Under the pieces are notes generated by a model that made no database searches, was not told the DNA's origin, and saw only the letters and a program-made list of their open reading frames with translations. A stretch of DNA of 64,000 nt from Heptranchias perlo (taxonomy: Eukaryota), in assembly GCF_035084215.1 (NCBI RefSeq), contig NW_027139442.1, positions 5,208,001-5,272,000 of the forward strand. The letters run 5' to 3'. Numbering within the stretch: the first letter of the stretch is position 1; every line of letters starts with the position of its first letter. The position numbers and the translations under genes are program-made. Shown in pieces: positions 38,855 through 53,116 of this stretch.

Positions 38855-41800
38855 AGTGTTTGTTATTGAACAGTAAACAGAGCCGGACAGTAAGGATATG
38901 GGGAGTTATACAAAGAGCATCAATTGCAGGCATCAGGTGAGAAGTGTGAAGGTCACATTTTAAACAGCGGCTGTTTTGTTTCGGTTGAACGGTTAGTCCC
39001 ATGAGAAAGGGGAGTAGAAATCTGATGTGTACAAAGGTCCCTGCCCAATCGGGTAGACCCATTCATGGATCAGTGCAGGGGTTGGGTTGTGTCTGGATGT
39101 CACAAAATTGTAAAATTGCCCAACACACCTGGTGTGCAGAAGCTGAGTGCTGCAGTACTGCAGTGGAATCAGACACTGACACTGTATCGCTGTTTTTCCT
39201 TTGTGGATATTACAATGATTATTAACAGAGAGATTCAATTGATCACTTTTGGTTTTTTCTACCTCACCTGTTCTTGAGTTACAAGAGACAGTTTTTTTTC
39301 CATCAGTCAATTCGTTGAAGGACCCAGAATCAGTGTGATGTTTACTCCACCCGAGGCACAAGGAGCAGTCAGTGCAGCCAGCTCCTTCTCACACACAGTA
39401 TGTACATTAACACTCAGAGCATAGAGACACAGACAGGTCATCAGTTCCACATTCTCAGATAGCAGAAATGGTCAATACCACGCTGATCCCAATCCAACAG
39501 TCAAACAGAGCAGGAGAGACAGACGGAATTTCTATTTCACAATGACTCAGTACCGCTGACTGGCAAATAAATAATTCCCAGTCCAAAATCACACCCAGTT
39601 TCAGATTGAAAGGCACTGTTTCAATTCTCACATTATTTCAGCCTTAGCTACAAATTAAATACCAGATAGAACTGACAAATGGTACTGATTGATAGATACA
39701 GAGTGAATAACAATAGTGTACTCCAAGATTAAAATTAAATACCAGCCCTCAATTCACACACATTTTGAGTTTAAAGGTGCAGTATTCATGCCAATCGTGC
39801 ACCTTGAGATACAAATTAGATACCAATTCAGATGTTACCCATATTTGACTCACATATATGTTCAAAAACCTCATGGTGTCAGAATGAAATGTACAGTTTT
39901 AATTCCTTTACTGCAGATTGAGGTACACGTTAGATACCAGTCTAAAATTCTCATACAGTATAAAACTGAAAGATATAGTATTGATTTGATTAGTACAGAC
40001 TGACGTACACATTACATACCAATACAAAAATCTCTCACAGTAAGAGACTGAAAGATGCAGTATCATCCCATTAGTGCAGACTGAGCTACACATTAAATAC
40101 CAGTCAAAAATCACATTCAGGGTCAAACTGAAAGGCACAGTATGAATTCCATTACAGCAGACTGAGCTACACATTATATACCAGTTCAAAAAACAGATTC
40201 AGGGTCATGCCGAATGATGCAGTATCAATCCTATTAGTTCAGAATGAGTTACACATTACACACCAGTCTAAATATATTCCGCAGCATCAGACTGAAAGAT
40301 ACAGTATCAATTCCATTCGTGCAGACTGAGCTACACATTATATACAGTCCAAAATTCGCATGCAGTGTCGTACTGAAATATACAGTATGAATCCTATTAG
40401 TGTGGACTAAGCCACACATTACAAACCAGTCCAAAAATCTCTCTCAGTGTCTGACTGAAAGCTAGAGTGTCAATTCCATTCGTACAGACTGAACTACACA
40501 TTACATATCAGTCCAAAAATCACTTCAAGCTCATGCTGAAATGTACAGCATCAATTCCATTAGTGTTGACTGAACCACACATTCCATACTAGAACAAAAA
40601 AAATCACAGTGTCAGATTGACAGAAAACGTATCAATTCCATCAATGCTGAATGAGCTACAAATTACATACAACCCATAAATCTCATACAGTGTCAGACTG
40701 AAAGATACTTTATCAATTGCATTAGTGCAGGCTGAGCTACACATTATATATAGTCCAAAATTTGCATAGTGTATCCTACTGAAAGATACAGTAACAATTC
40801 CTTTACTGCAAACTGAGCTACACATTAACCACCAGTCCAAAAATCACATTCTTGGCCATGCTGAAAGATACAGTATCAATCCCATTAGTGCAAACTGAGC
40901 TACACCTTACACACCAGTCTAAATATATCACACAGTAGCAGAATAAAAGGTACAGCATCAATTCCATTAGTGCAGACTAAGCTACACATTACATACCGGT
41001 CCAAAAACCTCACACGCAATCGGACTGAAAGATATAGTATCATTCTTATTATAGCTGATTGAGCCCCAGTATCAATTTGATTTGTACAGACTGAGCTACA
41101 CATTCCATACCAGTTCAAAAACCTCATACTTCATCTTTAAGTCTGTTACTGTATCAATTCCATTATAGCTGACTGAGCTACACCTTACAGACTAATCTAA
41201 ATATATTACACAGAATCAGACTGAAAGATACAGTATCAATTCCATTAGCGCAGACTGAGCTGCACAAGAAATACCAGTCCAATAATTTCACAGTAAAAGA
41301 TGAAATGTAAATTATCATTTACAATAGTCTTCAGAGATTAAAGTGTAATCCTACACCAAAACTCACACACGTTGTTTGATTAAAACAACATCCAAAAGTG
41401 TATCCATAATTACAAATTAATGCTAGACAAAAGATTGTGCATACATTAATGAATTAAACATACAGTTTCAAGCAATATACTGTAACATGAAATAAGAATA
41501 AAGACCGAATCCAGACTTGCACTTTGTCCCAGAGACGGAGTTACAGAATGAATCCCACACTCACACGCAGTACCAGAGACTGACAAGAATAGAATGAATC
41601 CTACATTCACATAAAGCACCAGAGACTGACAGATAAAGAATAAATCCCACACACACACATACACACACACAGTATCAGAGACTGACAGACACAGAATGAA
41701 TCTCACACTCACATGCAGTCCCAGAAACTGACAGAGAATTAATCACAAACTCACATACAGTCTGACATCTACTGGCTGTAAGGGAGAACTGTAACAGAGT

Positions 41801-42030
41801 GGAACAAATTCACATCATCTGTCGTTGATACAGATTCAGGACAATGTGCAATCGGAGGAAATAGTTTCTCTCTGTAACTTCTGCTCTCGTATTTTTTCAT
41901 ATTTTGTCAGTGAAAATGAAGACAATTGATTCATAATAAAGTTCTTGTTTTGCTTATTCGAAAGTTGCCCCATTATATTTCACTCCACATTGCTCAATAT
42001 TTCTGTCTGATTTCTCAGGACACGATTTAT
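38855..42030 (+). repeat. Fourth, promoter-less partial module copy dominated by ~82-bp satellite units
   Basis: Begins at the equivalent of ~19000; 82-bp units at ~39870-41280; CTCF-like site at 41762-41795. Confidence 0.8.
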
Positions 42031-42129
42031 ATTAATTCAAATAAACCGAACTGAAACACAAATAAAAACTGAGCGCAAATCTGGAACTTCCAATGACCGT
42101 CAAAAGTGAAAGGGATAAAACATAGAAAA

Positions 42130-42230
42130 AATTAAAACCGAAAATGCTGGAAAGACTCAGCAGGTCCGGCAGCATCTGTGGAGAAGGGAAGCTCGGGTTA
42201 ACGGTTCAGGTCAATGACCCTTCTATAGAT
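42130..42230 (-). mobile_element. Decayed Penelope-like terminal fragment
   Basis: Minus GAAGGGTCATTGACCTGAACCGTTAAC...CCACAGATGCTGCCGGACCTGCTGAGT...CCAGCATTT. Confidence 0.55.
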
Positions 42231-42516
42231 TAGAATGGTTAATCCGACATAATTTAAATAAGGAACTGAATCTGCAGAGGGAAAAACCTCAGAAAATCAA
42301 TTAATTTCACTGAATCCGGGCAATTGTGTCCTGTATCCACTGTACAGATCAGGAGAAATAATAATACAAAGGAACAAAGTTAAATTCAACGTTATGGAGG
42401 AAATAAATGAATTTTTAAAATATTTTTTTAATATAAGTTAGACCCGTTTGTGTTTTGGAAACACTATCCCTCTGAACATCATCAAATTTGATTCCAGTCT
42501 TGGTGTTTCTGAATTC

Positions 42517-42585
42517 AGCGTGCTGGGATTCAAACCTGTTTGGAATTAACTGTTTGGAAGGCAGCTATACTCACCATTATAGCGC
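42517..42585 (-). pseudogene. tRNA-Gly(TCC) relic
   Basis: Minus TATAATGGTGAGTATAGCTGCCTTCCAAACAGTT...GGTTTGAATCCC; acceptor stem lost. Confidence 0.6.
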
Positions 42586-42739
42586 CTTATTTCACGAGGA
42601 GAGAGAAGTAGAGTGTTTCTGTGGAGTTTCATACTGAATTGCGCCCTTTGGGTTTTTGGTACTTTAATCATAGACAATAAATATTTCCCAAACATCAGCC
42701 CCTGATCAGACACAACAAGCTGGTGGAATTTCTCATTCA

Positions 42740-43395
42740 TAGATATTAAATAAAAGGATGACAAAAGCGAATAGGAAGAGGTTAGGAAGAAGTCACAAAA
42801 ACAATTACGGAAGAAAACAGGAACCACGAAATCAAATTATCAAGGAATATGAAAAGAAATAATAAATTATTCGACAGACACAAAAATAACAAAATGAAAA
42901 TCAGAATAGTTTGAGTGCCACTGAGGGATGCACAAGATAAACTCACAGGTAACGTCAGCGAAATGGCAGAAATATTGAATTATTACTTTGCTCATTATTT
43001 ACCCGGGTGATTAACAGGGTGAACATGATATTAAAGGAAGAGGTCAATAAAGATATCAAGACAGTTAAGTTAGAAAGGGTGGTTAAACTGGTCCTGATGG
43101 ATTGTATCCGTGCATATTAAATGAAGCAAGGGAAGAGATAGCAGAGGCACTGTTACACACATAGGAAAAAAATCATCACAAAGTGCAATAGTGCCAAAGG
43201 ACTGGATGACAGCGAATGTGATTCTTATATTTTAAAAAAGGAGATAGAACAAGTGCAGGGAACTATAGACCAGTTAACTAAAGGTCGGTGGTGGGGATGA
43301 TCATGGAATCCTTTACTCAATGATACAGTAGATAAACATCTAGAAACCGAAAATATAATAAAGAATAGTCAGCACTGATTTCAGAAAGGGAAGGT
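42740..43395 (+). mobile_element. Decayed CR1 ORF2 fragment
   Basis: DWMTANV...KGDRTSAGNYRPV...NSQH motifs preceding the RT core. Confidence 0.75.
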
Positions 43396-43419
43396 TTAAT
43401 AGTTTGACAGAAGGTTTGA

Positions 43420-43760
43420 CAGTTTAAATTACAGTTCAACAGAACTTATCTCCTTTTCAATTCTGTTCCTTTAGAAATAAACCTCTGTGTTTGTTTTCTA
43501 TGACATTATCAACCTGTGTTGCTACTTTAATGATTTGTCAATCTGTACCCCGAAATCCCTTTGCTCTTCGACCCCATTTAGACTCTTATTTTCCAAGCAG
43601 TGTGTGGCCTCCTTATTCCCCCGAGCAAAATGCACCACGTCACAACTTGCTATATGGAAATTCAATGGCCATTTACACCGCCTTTCAGCAAGTTTATTAA
43701 AGTCTTCTTGAATTTTGTTAGATTCTTCCTCAGTATAGGCTCTACCCACTAAATAATTAC
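43420..43760 (-). mobile_element. Decayed CR1 RT fragment
   Basis: Minus KIQEDFNKLAE...FHIASCDVVHF...EEQRDFGVQID; truncated paralogues at ~23630, ~38385, ~53950. Confidence 0.7.
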
Positions 43761-43910
43761 AAGCATTTCACACGACATTACAACAAATGTTTGCTCCAAC
43801 AAAATGTTCTCCATTCCCAGTTTCTCTGAATCCCACTCGTGCAATATAATGTGAAGAATGAGTTTATCTTCTGTCCCTCTCTCATCTGCAAACTTCAATG
43901 TCAGGGGTTT

Positions 43911-43944
43911 GGGGACATCTACTGGCCGGAAGCAGAACTGCAAC
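43911..43944 (-). promoter_or_regulatory. CTCF-like site upstream of H2B promoter
   Basis: Minus TGCAG-N12-CCAGTAGATGTCCCC. Confidence 0.6.
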
Positions 43945-44203
43945 AGTTCTGAACAAATTGCTGAAACCGGACAATGTGCAGTGTGAGCGTGTTTGTGATT
44001 GGTGGCAGATACTGAATCTGATAGGATATCTGAAGAAACCAATCAGAGAGTGAAAGGAAAAGGTGACGTTTATCACTCCCAATGACCCAATCACAATCAT
44101 TGCCTTCCCCCATCCCTCATTACCATAGGGCTGTGGGGCTGCCTATTTAATCCGAGCTCGGAGTGGATTTGCGTCATTTCTGGGTCTGAAATTGAGTTTT
44201 GAA

Positions 44204-44578
44204 ATGCCTTAGGACAAGAAAGCAGCTTCCAAGAAGGGCGCCAAGAAAACCTTGAGTAAAGCACCAGCCAAGGGCGGCAAGAAGCGGAGAAAGTCGAGGA
44301 AGGAGAGTTACTCCATCTACGTCGACAAAGTGATGAAGCAGGTTCACCCCGACACCGGCATCTCCTCAAAGGCCATGAGCATCATGAACTCCTTTGTGAA
44401 CGATATTTTCGAGCGCATCGCGGGTGAGGCTTCCCGCCTGGCCCATTATAATAAACGCCACACCATCAGCTCCCGGGAGATCCAGACCGCTGTGCGCCTG
44501 TTGCTGCCCGGAGAACTGGCCAAACACGCCGTGTCGGAAGGGACAAAGGCGGTGACCAAGTACTCCAGCTAAAAGTAA
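44204..44578 (+). pseudogene. H2B: Histone H2B pseudogene
   Basis: ATG CCT TAG (codon 3 nonsense); Y>D in YVDK; early TAA at 44570-44572. Confidence 0.92.
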
Positions 44579-44613
44579 AACTCCACAATCAACTGAAAAA
44601 AACGAAACACAAA

Positions 44614-44629
44614 GGCTCTTTTCAGAGCC
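44614..44629 (+). terminator. Histone 3' stem-loop
   Basis: GGCTCTTTTCAGAGCC ACCCA; HDE degenerate (GAAGACGCTG). Confidence 0.93.
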
Positions 44630-45544
44630 ACCCACAGTCTCTCTGAAGACGCTGTACCAACCCCTCTGTATGGAATCATTTTACTGTAGATAGTTTGATA
44701 CTAACTGTCTCTCTATAACTCTTGTGCTTTTCTAATTTCTCTTGAAATCTGGAAGATTCTCATAATCACTGCCAGGTATAATCTATGTGTCGCTTTCTAT
44801 TTAATTCCAATAACCAAAAACGTGTCCCTGATCATCTCATTCCCGTTCATATTCCGCCCCTTTCCCCGCGTCTGCCCCTTCATAGCCGTCTTTAGGCGAT
44901 GGATTAGACTTCATTTCTTTCTCCTTTTCACGTTTGTTTGTTCATTATTCGGGAATATCACTTTGAGAACCGCAATCGTTTGAAATGCAGCAACCCTGAA
45001 AGGGACTTCACACCGAGTACAGAAAAGTCGAAAGGCTCTGTCACTGTTCGACTTCTTACACCAGGAGTCTCGGCTCCGGTTTCGATCGCGCTGCAGCTCC
45101 TGTGAACAGGTATCAATCCACAATCTGTGGTTTGTTACTTTTACAAAGATTGAGCTGGAATCTGCCCCGTTTCAAAATGGGACTTCATTCCCGCCGGATT
45201 GAAAGCGAACGATGAAGGGAGCCGGATTTTAAACGTATTGTAAAAGATTCTGGAAGTTGTGACGGGAAATGTGGAATAACAGAGTAAAAGGAGAGAGATT
45301 TTTTAATCTTTGTCTCAAGGCGACATTATTTACTAAATCCGCTTCTTGTGTTACAAATATTTTGGCGGGCTTTTCAAATTTCAAAAAAAACGGTTCAGTT
45401 CGGTATTTTCCGCCCTTTTCTCATTGCCGGCTATTGATTGGCGAATAAAACAGCTCTCTGATTGGGCTGTTCGCTAAACCAATGAGATTGACAACAGATT
45501 GACCAATTACAAGTGCCCCCACTTTATACCTCCAGAAGGTATAA

Positions 45545-45994
<450 letters not shown>

Positions 45995-46025
45995 ATCGGC
46001 CAAGATTTAATCTGATAAACCCAAA

Positions 46026-46041
46026 GGCTCTTTTCAGAGCC
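46026..46041 (+). terminator. Histone 3' stem-loop
   Basis: GGCTCTTTTCAGAGCC ACCCA, GAAAGGGCTG. Confidence 0.95.
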
Positions 46042-46134
46042 ACCCACTGTATCTGAGAAAGGGCTGTTTACTGTCTGAAGAGACTGACCTATTGATCACA
46101 GTTGACCCCGGTCTACGTTGATATATTACATCAC

Positions 46135-46480
46135 TATAAAGGTTAAAGGAATGGGAGCCAATGTAACTCACCGAGCACATGGGTGACAGGTGAACGGGAG
46201 TTGGTGGGAGCAGAATAGGGCAACGGAGATTTGGAGGAGTTCATGTTTACAGAGGGTGGAAGATCGGAGGCTGACCAGGAGAGCATTGGAATAGCAAAGT
46301 CTGGAGGTAACAAGGGAATGGATGAGGGTTTCAGCACCAGATCAGCTGAGGCAGGGGCGGAGACGCGCGATGTTTCAAAGGTGGAATTAGGTCTTGGTGA
46401 TGGAGCGGATATGTGGTCGGATGCTCATCTCAGGGTCAGATAGGACACAAAGGTTGCGAACGGTCATATTCCGGCTCACA
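46135..46480 (-). mobile_element. L2-clade LINE fragment
   Basis: Minus SPVTHVLGELHWLP motif. Confidence 0.7.
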
Positions 46481-46494
46481 CAGTGGCCAGGGAG

Positions 46495-47190
46495 AAGTCT
46501 CTGTCCATCCCGGTCCCTGAATCGATCCAGTCCCCAAACAGGACCTGGGTCTGTCCATCCCGACCACTGAATCTATCCAGTCCCCACATAGGATCTGCGT
46601 CTGTCCATCCCGGTCCCTGAATCGATCCAGTCCCCAAACAGGACCTGGGTCTGTCCATCCCGACCACTGAATCTATCCAGTCCCCACATAGGATCTGCGT
46701 CTGTCCATCCCGGTCCCTGAATCTATCCAGTCCCCACACAGGACCTGGGTATGTACATCCCGATCCCTGAATCTATCCAATTTCACACTGACTCCAGCTC
46801 TAATTCAATTCATAATAGCCACACATGACCAATCTCCATCCATCCCGGTCCCTGAATCTATCCAGTCCTCAATGACCTCAGCTCTAATTAAACTCATTTT
46901 ACCCACACAGGAACTGTCTCTGTCCATCCCGGTCCCTGAATATATGCAGTCCCCACACAGGACCTGGGTCTGTCCATCCTGGTCCCTGAATCCATGCAGT
47001 CCCCACACAGGACCTGGGTCTGTCCATTCCATTCCCTGATTCTGTCCAGTTCCCAATGACTTCAGCTCCAATAAACGCATTGTACCCACACAGTAACTGT
47101 CTCTGTCCATCCCAGGACCTGAATCTATCCAGTCCCCACACAGGATCATTCTCCATTCATCCCAGTGCCTGATTCTATCCAGTCCCATAC
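46495..47190. repeat. 50 bp minisatellite
   Basis: Unit CTGTCCATCCCGGTCCCTGAATCTATCCAGTCCCCACACAGGACCTGGGT; 46501-46600 identical to 46601-46700. Confidence 0.92.
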
Positions 47191-47712
47191 TGACCCAAGC
47201 ACGGAAAGGTACAGATTGCCTTCCACACCGATTGATGTTTATTAAACTATTGGGCGCCTCCTGTCAGCTACAAATCTGAAACTAAAACTATCCCTCTTCC
47301 AACGTTTCCGTAGCGGCATTGATTGATTTTATTATGAAAGTGATTGTGTTGGAACTGTAGTGTGCTTCATTTATTGAATTTAAATTATATATTCCGCCTT
47401 TTTTTCTGGAAACCCTTGAATATCATGCCGGAGTCTGTAAAGATTGTGTCTGAATTTGTATTTCCTATTTGCTGCTGGTGAAAATTTTATAAAGGACGGT
47501 AACTAATTCCTGGAGGCGGAGCTTGAAGTTGCACGTCCGCTTGTCCGTCATTCTGAGCCAGTCTCCTCCCCTCCCGCACTTCATGCTCTGTCTTTCATTC
47601 AAACACTCTTCCCCGGCCTTTCCGATAATGTGCCTTTCTCAACCAGGTCGGGGCGAGCTTTATAAATACAGAAGAAAGGCGAGAGTCTTTCATTCAGCAG
47701 CGATCTGAGTGA

Positions 47713-48033
<321 letters not shown>

Positions 48034-48068
48034 ACGACTCGAACCTTTCTAACCGGACACAAAACAAA

Positions 48069-48084
48069 GGCTCTTCTAAGAGCC
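48069..48084 (+). terminator. Histone 3' stem-loop (H4)
   Basis: GGCTCTTCTAAGAGCC ACCCA. Confidence 0.95.
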
Positions 48085-49375
48085 ACCCACCGCCTCACAG
48101 AGAGAGCACTGACCTGGGAACTGGTGCGGGGTTATGTGGGGCTCGGGAATAGTTTTACAATTAAAGAGTTTTCTGTGACACACAGTACGGTGAGGTGGGA
48201 TCGGCGGCGAGCTGCACCGGTTACTGAGAGGGAACTTTCCCTTATTGAGTGCACTGAATTGTCCAGGAAACGTTACAAGTGAGTTTACCCGGAGCTGAAT
48301 TCCACCCCCCGCCCCCCCACCTCGCTGAAATGTTCCTTCACTCCATTCGCTCTGTTTTGGTTCTATTTATCAGTCAGATGTTGTGATGTGGGACCGGGGG
48401 TTTCCATGGGAGAACAGGTTGAGCTGAGCCGCTGTGATAAGGGCCCAGCTTGTGATCTGGATTTTCCCTCTGACGGTTGTTTCTGACACTGATACTGAGA
48501 GGGTTTGTGAAATTGAACCGTTTGAGCTCAGTCATTGGGGACCTGGAATTACCACAGGCCCAACTGGCAAACCCCGCTGTAAATAGAGGCTACTTCTCAT
48601 TGGTTGCTTTGCTTGAAAACTAATTTCCTTAACCAATCGGAGAGACGACAATAAGAAAACGGAGCAAATTGTTGGCCACAATTGACCGATTTTTTAAAAT
48701 TTGAAAAAGGCCGCCAATTTCAGTGTATGAAATAAGTGAATTACTCGGCCATGTCGTTTTTACACAAAGACTTAAAATCTCTTTGTAATAATGTTATTCC
48801 GTATTACACGTCCCAAATTCCGAGCGCTGTTTCAAAAACACATTGTCTATAACTTGCGGAATATAATCCCAATCATAGATTGCTGATATGGACAAATTTC
48901 ACTTCTACCTGTAAAAATAACAAACTCCAGGTTATCAATTGATTCCGTTGCAGGGACTGAACAGGAACCGTGTGTCCTGAAAACGGAATCATGGACGAAG
49001 CCTGAAAATGAGCCAATTCTTTTCTCCAGTCGTTCATTCTGGATTGTTACACTGCGGGGAACGTGCTGCTAATATGCGGGATATTAAGATCAGTAATTAA
49101 TTATTTCAGAGATTGGCTCCACAGTGAGAAAGAGGAAGGAACTGAATTCTGATTCATAGCCCTGAAAGTGGTGGTTCACGGGAAAACCGGGGGCGGTGTA
49201 AATCTGAATGAGAGCGAGAGCAAAGCAAAAGGGAATTGAACGGACCCCGGCCCCGTGTTCACTTTATTGGGCAGTAAATTCTACAGAGGCAAACATTAAA
49301 ATGGAGTAGTTTCACTTAATTTCTTTCCATTTATCCACCAGATTCAAAGGATGATGACCGAGTAAAGCAGCAACT

Positions 49376-50890
49376 CTGTATCTGTCAGTCTCTGGTCCCG
49401 TATGTGAGTCAGATTCATTCTGAATCTGTCAGTTTCTGGTCCCGTATGTGAGTCAGATTCATTCTGAATCTGTCAGTTTCTGGTACTGTGTGTGAGAGAG
49501 GGATTTATTCTGTATCTGTCAGTCTCTTGGCCTGTGTGTGAATGTTGGATTCATTCTGGATCTGTCCGTCTCTGGTACTGTGTGTGAGTGTGGGATTCAT
49601 TCTGTATCTGTCAGTCTCTGGTACTGTATTTGAATGTAGGATTCAATCTAAATCTGTCAGTCTCTTGTCCTGTGTGTGAGTGTGGGGTGCATTCTGTATT
49701 TGTTAGTCTCTGGTACTGTGTGTGAATGTGGGATACATTCTGTATCTGTCAGTCTCTGGTACTGTGTGTGAGTGAGGGATTTATTCTTTCTCTGTTAGTC
49801 TCTGGTACTGTGTGTGTGTGTGGGATTCACTCTGTATCTGTCAGTCTCTAGTACTGTATGTGAGTTTGGGATTCCTTCTGCATGTCAATCTCTGTCCTGT
49901 ATCTGAGTGTGAGATTCATTCTGTGTCTATATTTATTCTCTCAGATTACATTATGGTGTTCAATATTGTAGCTTTAATATCTTAATGTTTAAATAGTTTT
50001 TATCAATATGGATACACTTTAGGATTTGATGCTGGAGGTTTTAATCAGATAATTTGTGTGCTTTTTGGACAACTATTAAATCTGTATCTCTGAGTAATAT
50101 TATGAATGATAATGTATCTTTCAAACTGACATTTTTGAATTGGTACATAATGTGCAGATCAGTCTGCACGAAATGAATTGATACTGCATCTTTAATTTTT
50201 GTTTTGTAAGATTTTTGGACTTGTGTGTCTGTGATACTGTGTCATTAAATCTCTTAACATGAGTATATTATAAACTGGTATCTAATGTGTTTCTCAGGTT
50301 ATACTGTCACAGCATTTCTCAATCTGATATTGTACATGAGTTTTGGACTTGCAATTTGTATCCGAATGATGCACTATTCGAATGAATAAGGCATGTATTG
50401 AACTCACGTGTGTGTGAGAGTTCTGGGCTAGTATTCAATTTGAATCTCGGGGTATCTGGTATGTAATTCACGGCTAATATTGCCATTTTGTTAAATTGAC
50501 AATCTGAAAACGAGACTTTGGACTGGAATTTTTGTATCTCCCTGTCAGCGGGACTGAGTTCGGGAGAAATGGAACAGTGTCTGCCTCACCTCCTCTGTTT
50601 GGCTGTTGGATTGAAAATGTGTCTCTGGAACTTGGGATCAGTGTGGGACTGACTACTTCTGCTGTCTGAGACTGTGGAACTGATGACCTGTCTGTGTCTC
50701 TGTGCTCTGAGAGTGATAATATACATACTGTGTGTGAGAAGGCGCTGGCTGCACTGTTCCTTTGCCTCGGGTGGAGGAAACGTCACTTTCACTCTGGCTC
50801 GTTCAAGGGTTTGCCTGTAGAAAGAAACGTATCGCATGTAACTCAAGAACAGGTGAGGTAGAAAATACGTAAGTGATCAGTTTAATAACT
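49376..50890 (-). repeat. Fifth partial module copy (exon-like segment plus 46-bp satellite)
   Basis: Reverse complement of ~33860-35400; 46-bp units at 49376-49930. Confidence 0.8.
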
Positions 50891-51768
50891 GTTAACCCAT
50901 CAACACATCCAGTGGCACATTTGGACAGGGAAACTACTGGCAAACAGGTACAGAATGGTCTGATTCCGGTCCTACACTTTCACGTGAGGCATCTACACCC
51001 ACAGTGTCACTCTAACTCGGACATCGATACAGGGAGAGGCTCGGGCACGCGTGCAAAGTACAAGAGATGCAAGTTTTCATTTCCGATATAGTATCAGCTT
51101 GGCACTGTTGGAAATATTTTCATTTCTAATGAACCAGACTCGGATCAAATAAAGTTTGTCTATTTTCCCTCTCCAGTTATTGTGACAGAGGCTGTTTCAC
51201 TGTAACTCGCACGAATAGAACTTAAGTGTTTTCGCTCAGCGCTAGAATCAGAAGCAGTGTAAAACTTAGTGTCACATTCACTGCGGTACTCGTCACTGAC
51301 ACAGGAACAGACTGACAGGGACAGAATAAATCCCTCACTCAGCCAATAACAGACAAATTTCATTCACTGATTCAGCAATCGATGACACAATAATCAACAC
51401 ATCCGTCACCTTCTGGCGGACAAATCTGGGTATTGGAAGTCAGACCGAGTAAGTGTTGTGGGAGGATGAGACTTTAAATAACACTTACAATGGCCGGAAC
51501 ACAATAGAGTGCCTCTTGTTGCCGATGATCAAACTCACCTGTTATTTATGTATTCCACCCTCCCAGTTTAATGAACTGATTATTTTGTGCCTCATTTCCT
51601 ATACAATCTGTAAATTTCAACCTATTGGAGGTTGGCGACATCTACTGTCCAGAAGCGAGTATTGAACAGATCATTTGTATTCAACAATATATCGTTAGTT
51701 TCTAACTAAGCGATTTATTATTAAATTAAGCTCTGACTCGCTTCAGCCCTTTCATAGATACAGTGGGT

Positions 51769-51784
51769 GGCTCTGAAAAGAGCC
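51769..51784 (-). terminator. Histone 3' stem-loop
   Basis: Minus GGCTCTTTTCAGAGCC ACCCA. Confidence 0.95.
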
Positions 51785-51814
51785 TTTGGGTTATCAGATT
51801 AAATCTTGACCGGT

Positions 51815-52261
<447 letters not shown>

Positions 52262-53068
52262 TTAACCCTTTTTATTGACTGAAAGATCATCTGATTGGTT
52301 GGGCATTATTACACCTCATTTGCCTGTTTCAATAACCAATCAGATAGCTGGAAATTAGATGAGGGCGGGATTTAACGGCCTCAACGGACAGATCAGGAAT
52401 TTTATGAATTTCAAAAAACCCGCCAGTGTCGTAAAGGACCGGATTTAGATCAATGTCGCCCTGAGCACAAGATTTTAAACCCATTCATTTTATCTTGTCT
52501 TATTCAGCGCTACCCGTCACCAATCGCTGGCGCTGTTTAAAAATCTGCTTTAATTTATGGCTCATTCTATTATCGCTTACAAACTGTACCGGACGGGACT
52601 AAAGCCCCATTCATAGCATTCCGTGAAGGGAAACGTTTCAATTCAGTCTTTATGAAAGTCACACGTTATAGTTTGTTCCTTTCTCACAGAGCCGGGAGTG
52701 CTTCTATGAAACGAGGGACCCGGACGGAATTCTCATTCTGCCCCTATTCCGCTGTGTTTCTGCAAGGGGTGCGTTTGCTTTTAATATGGGGATTTTCACC
52801 TCAGACATTAAACATTTCTGAGATTGAATTCATAGAGATAATGGAATTGCTCCCGGGGTCATTCAGGGTGTGTTCGTGGCTGGAATAGTAACGCGTTAAG
52901 AACAAAACGAATGGGAAGGAGCGGATCAGAAACTCGCGTTCAGTTTATGGGTCAGAAATTTCAACGGTGCAGTTACAGTATCAGTTTTGGATTGGAATAA
53001 TATCGCGGTATTAAAAAGATACTAAGCAATTATATAGGAACTGCAGCTCTTTCAGAGAGGTTGTGGGT

Positions 53069-53084
53069 GGCTCTTAAAAGAGCC
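53069..53084 (-). terminator. Histone 3' stem-loop
   Basis: Minus GGCTCTTTTAAGAGCC ACCCA, GAAAGAGCTG HDE. Confidence 0.95.
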
Positions 53085-53116
53085 GTTGTGGTTTTTTTTC
53101 AGTACATTGTGGAGTT

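Noticed and set aside
42130-42230. Second hammerhead ribozyme in Penelope-like fragment
   Set aside because: Core boxes are degenerate (no CTGANGA; GAAC instead of GAAA).
42740-43760. Opposed CR1 fragments as a twin-priming 5' inversion
   Set aside because: Fragments are convergent, not divergent, and the minus fragment pre-exists in other module copies; more likely a rearrangement junction.
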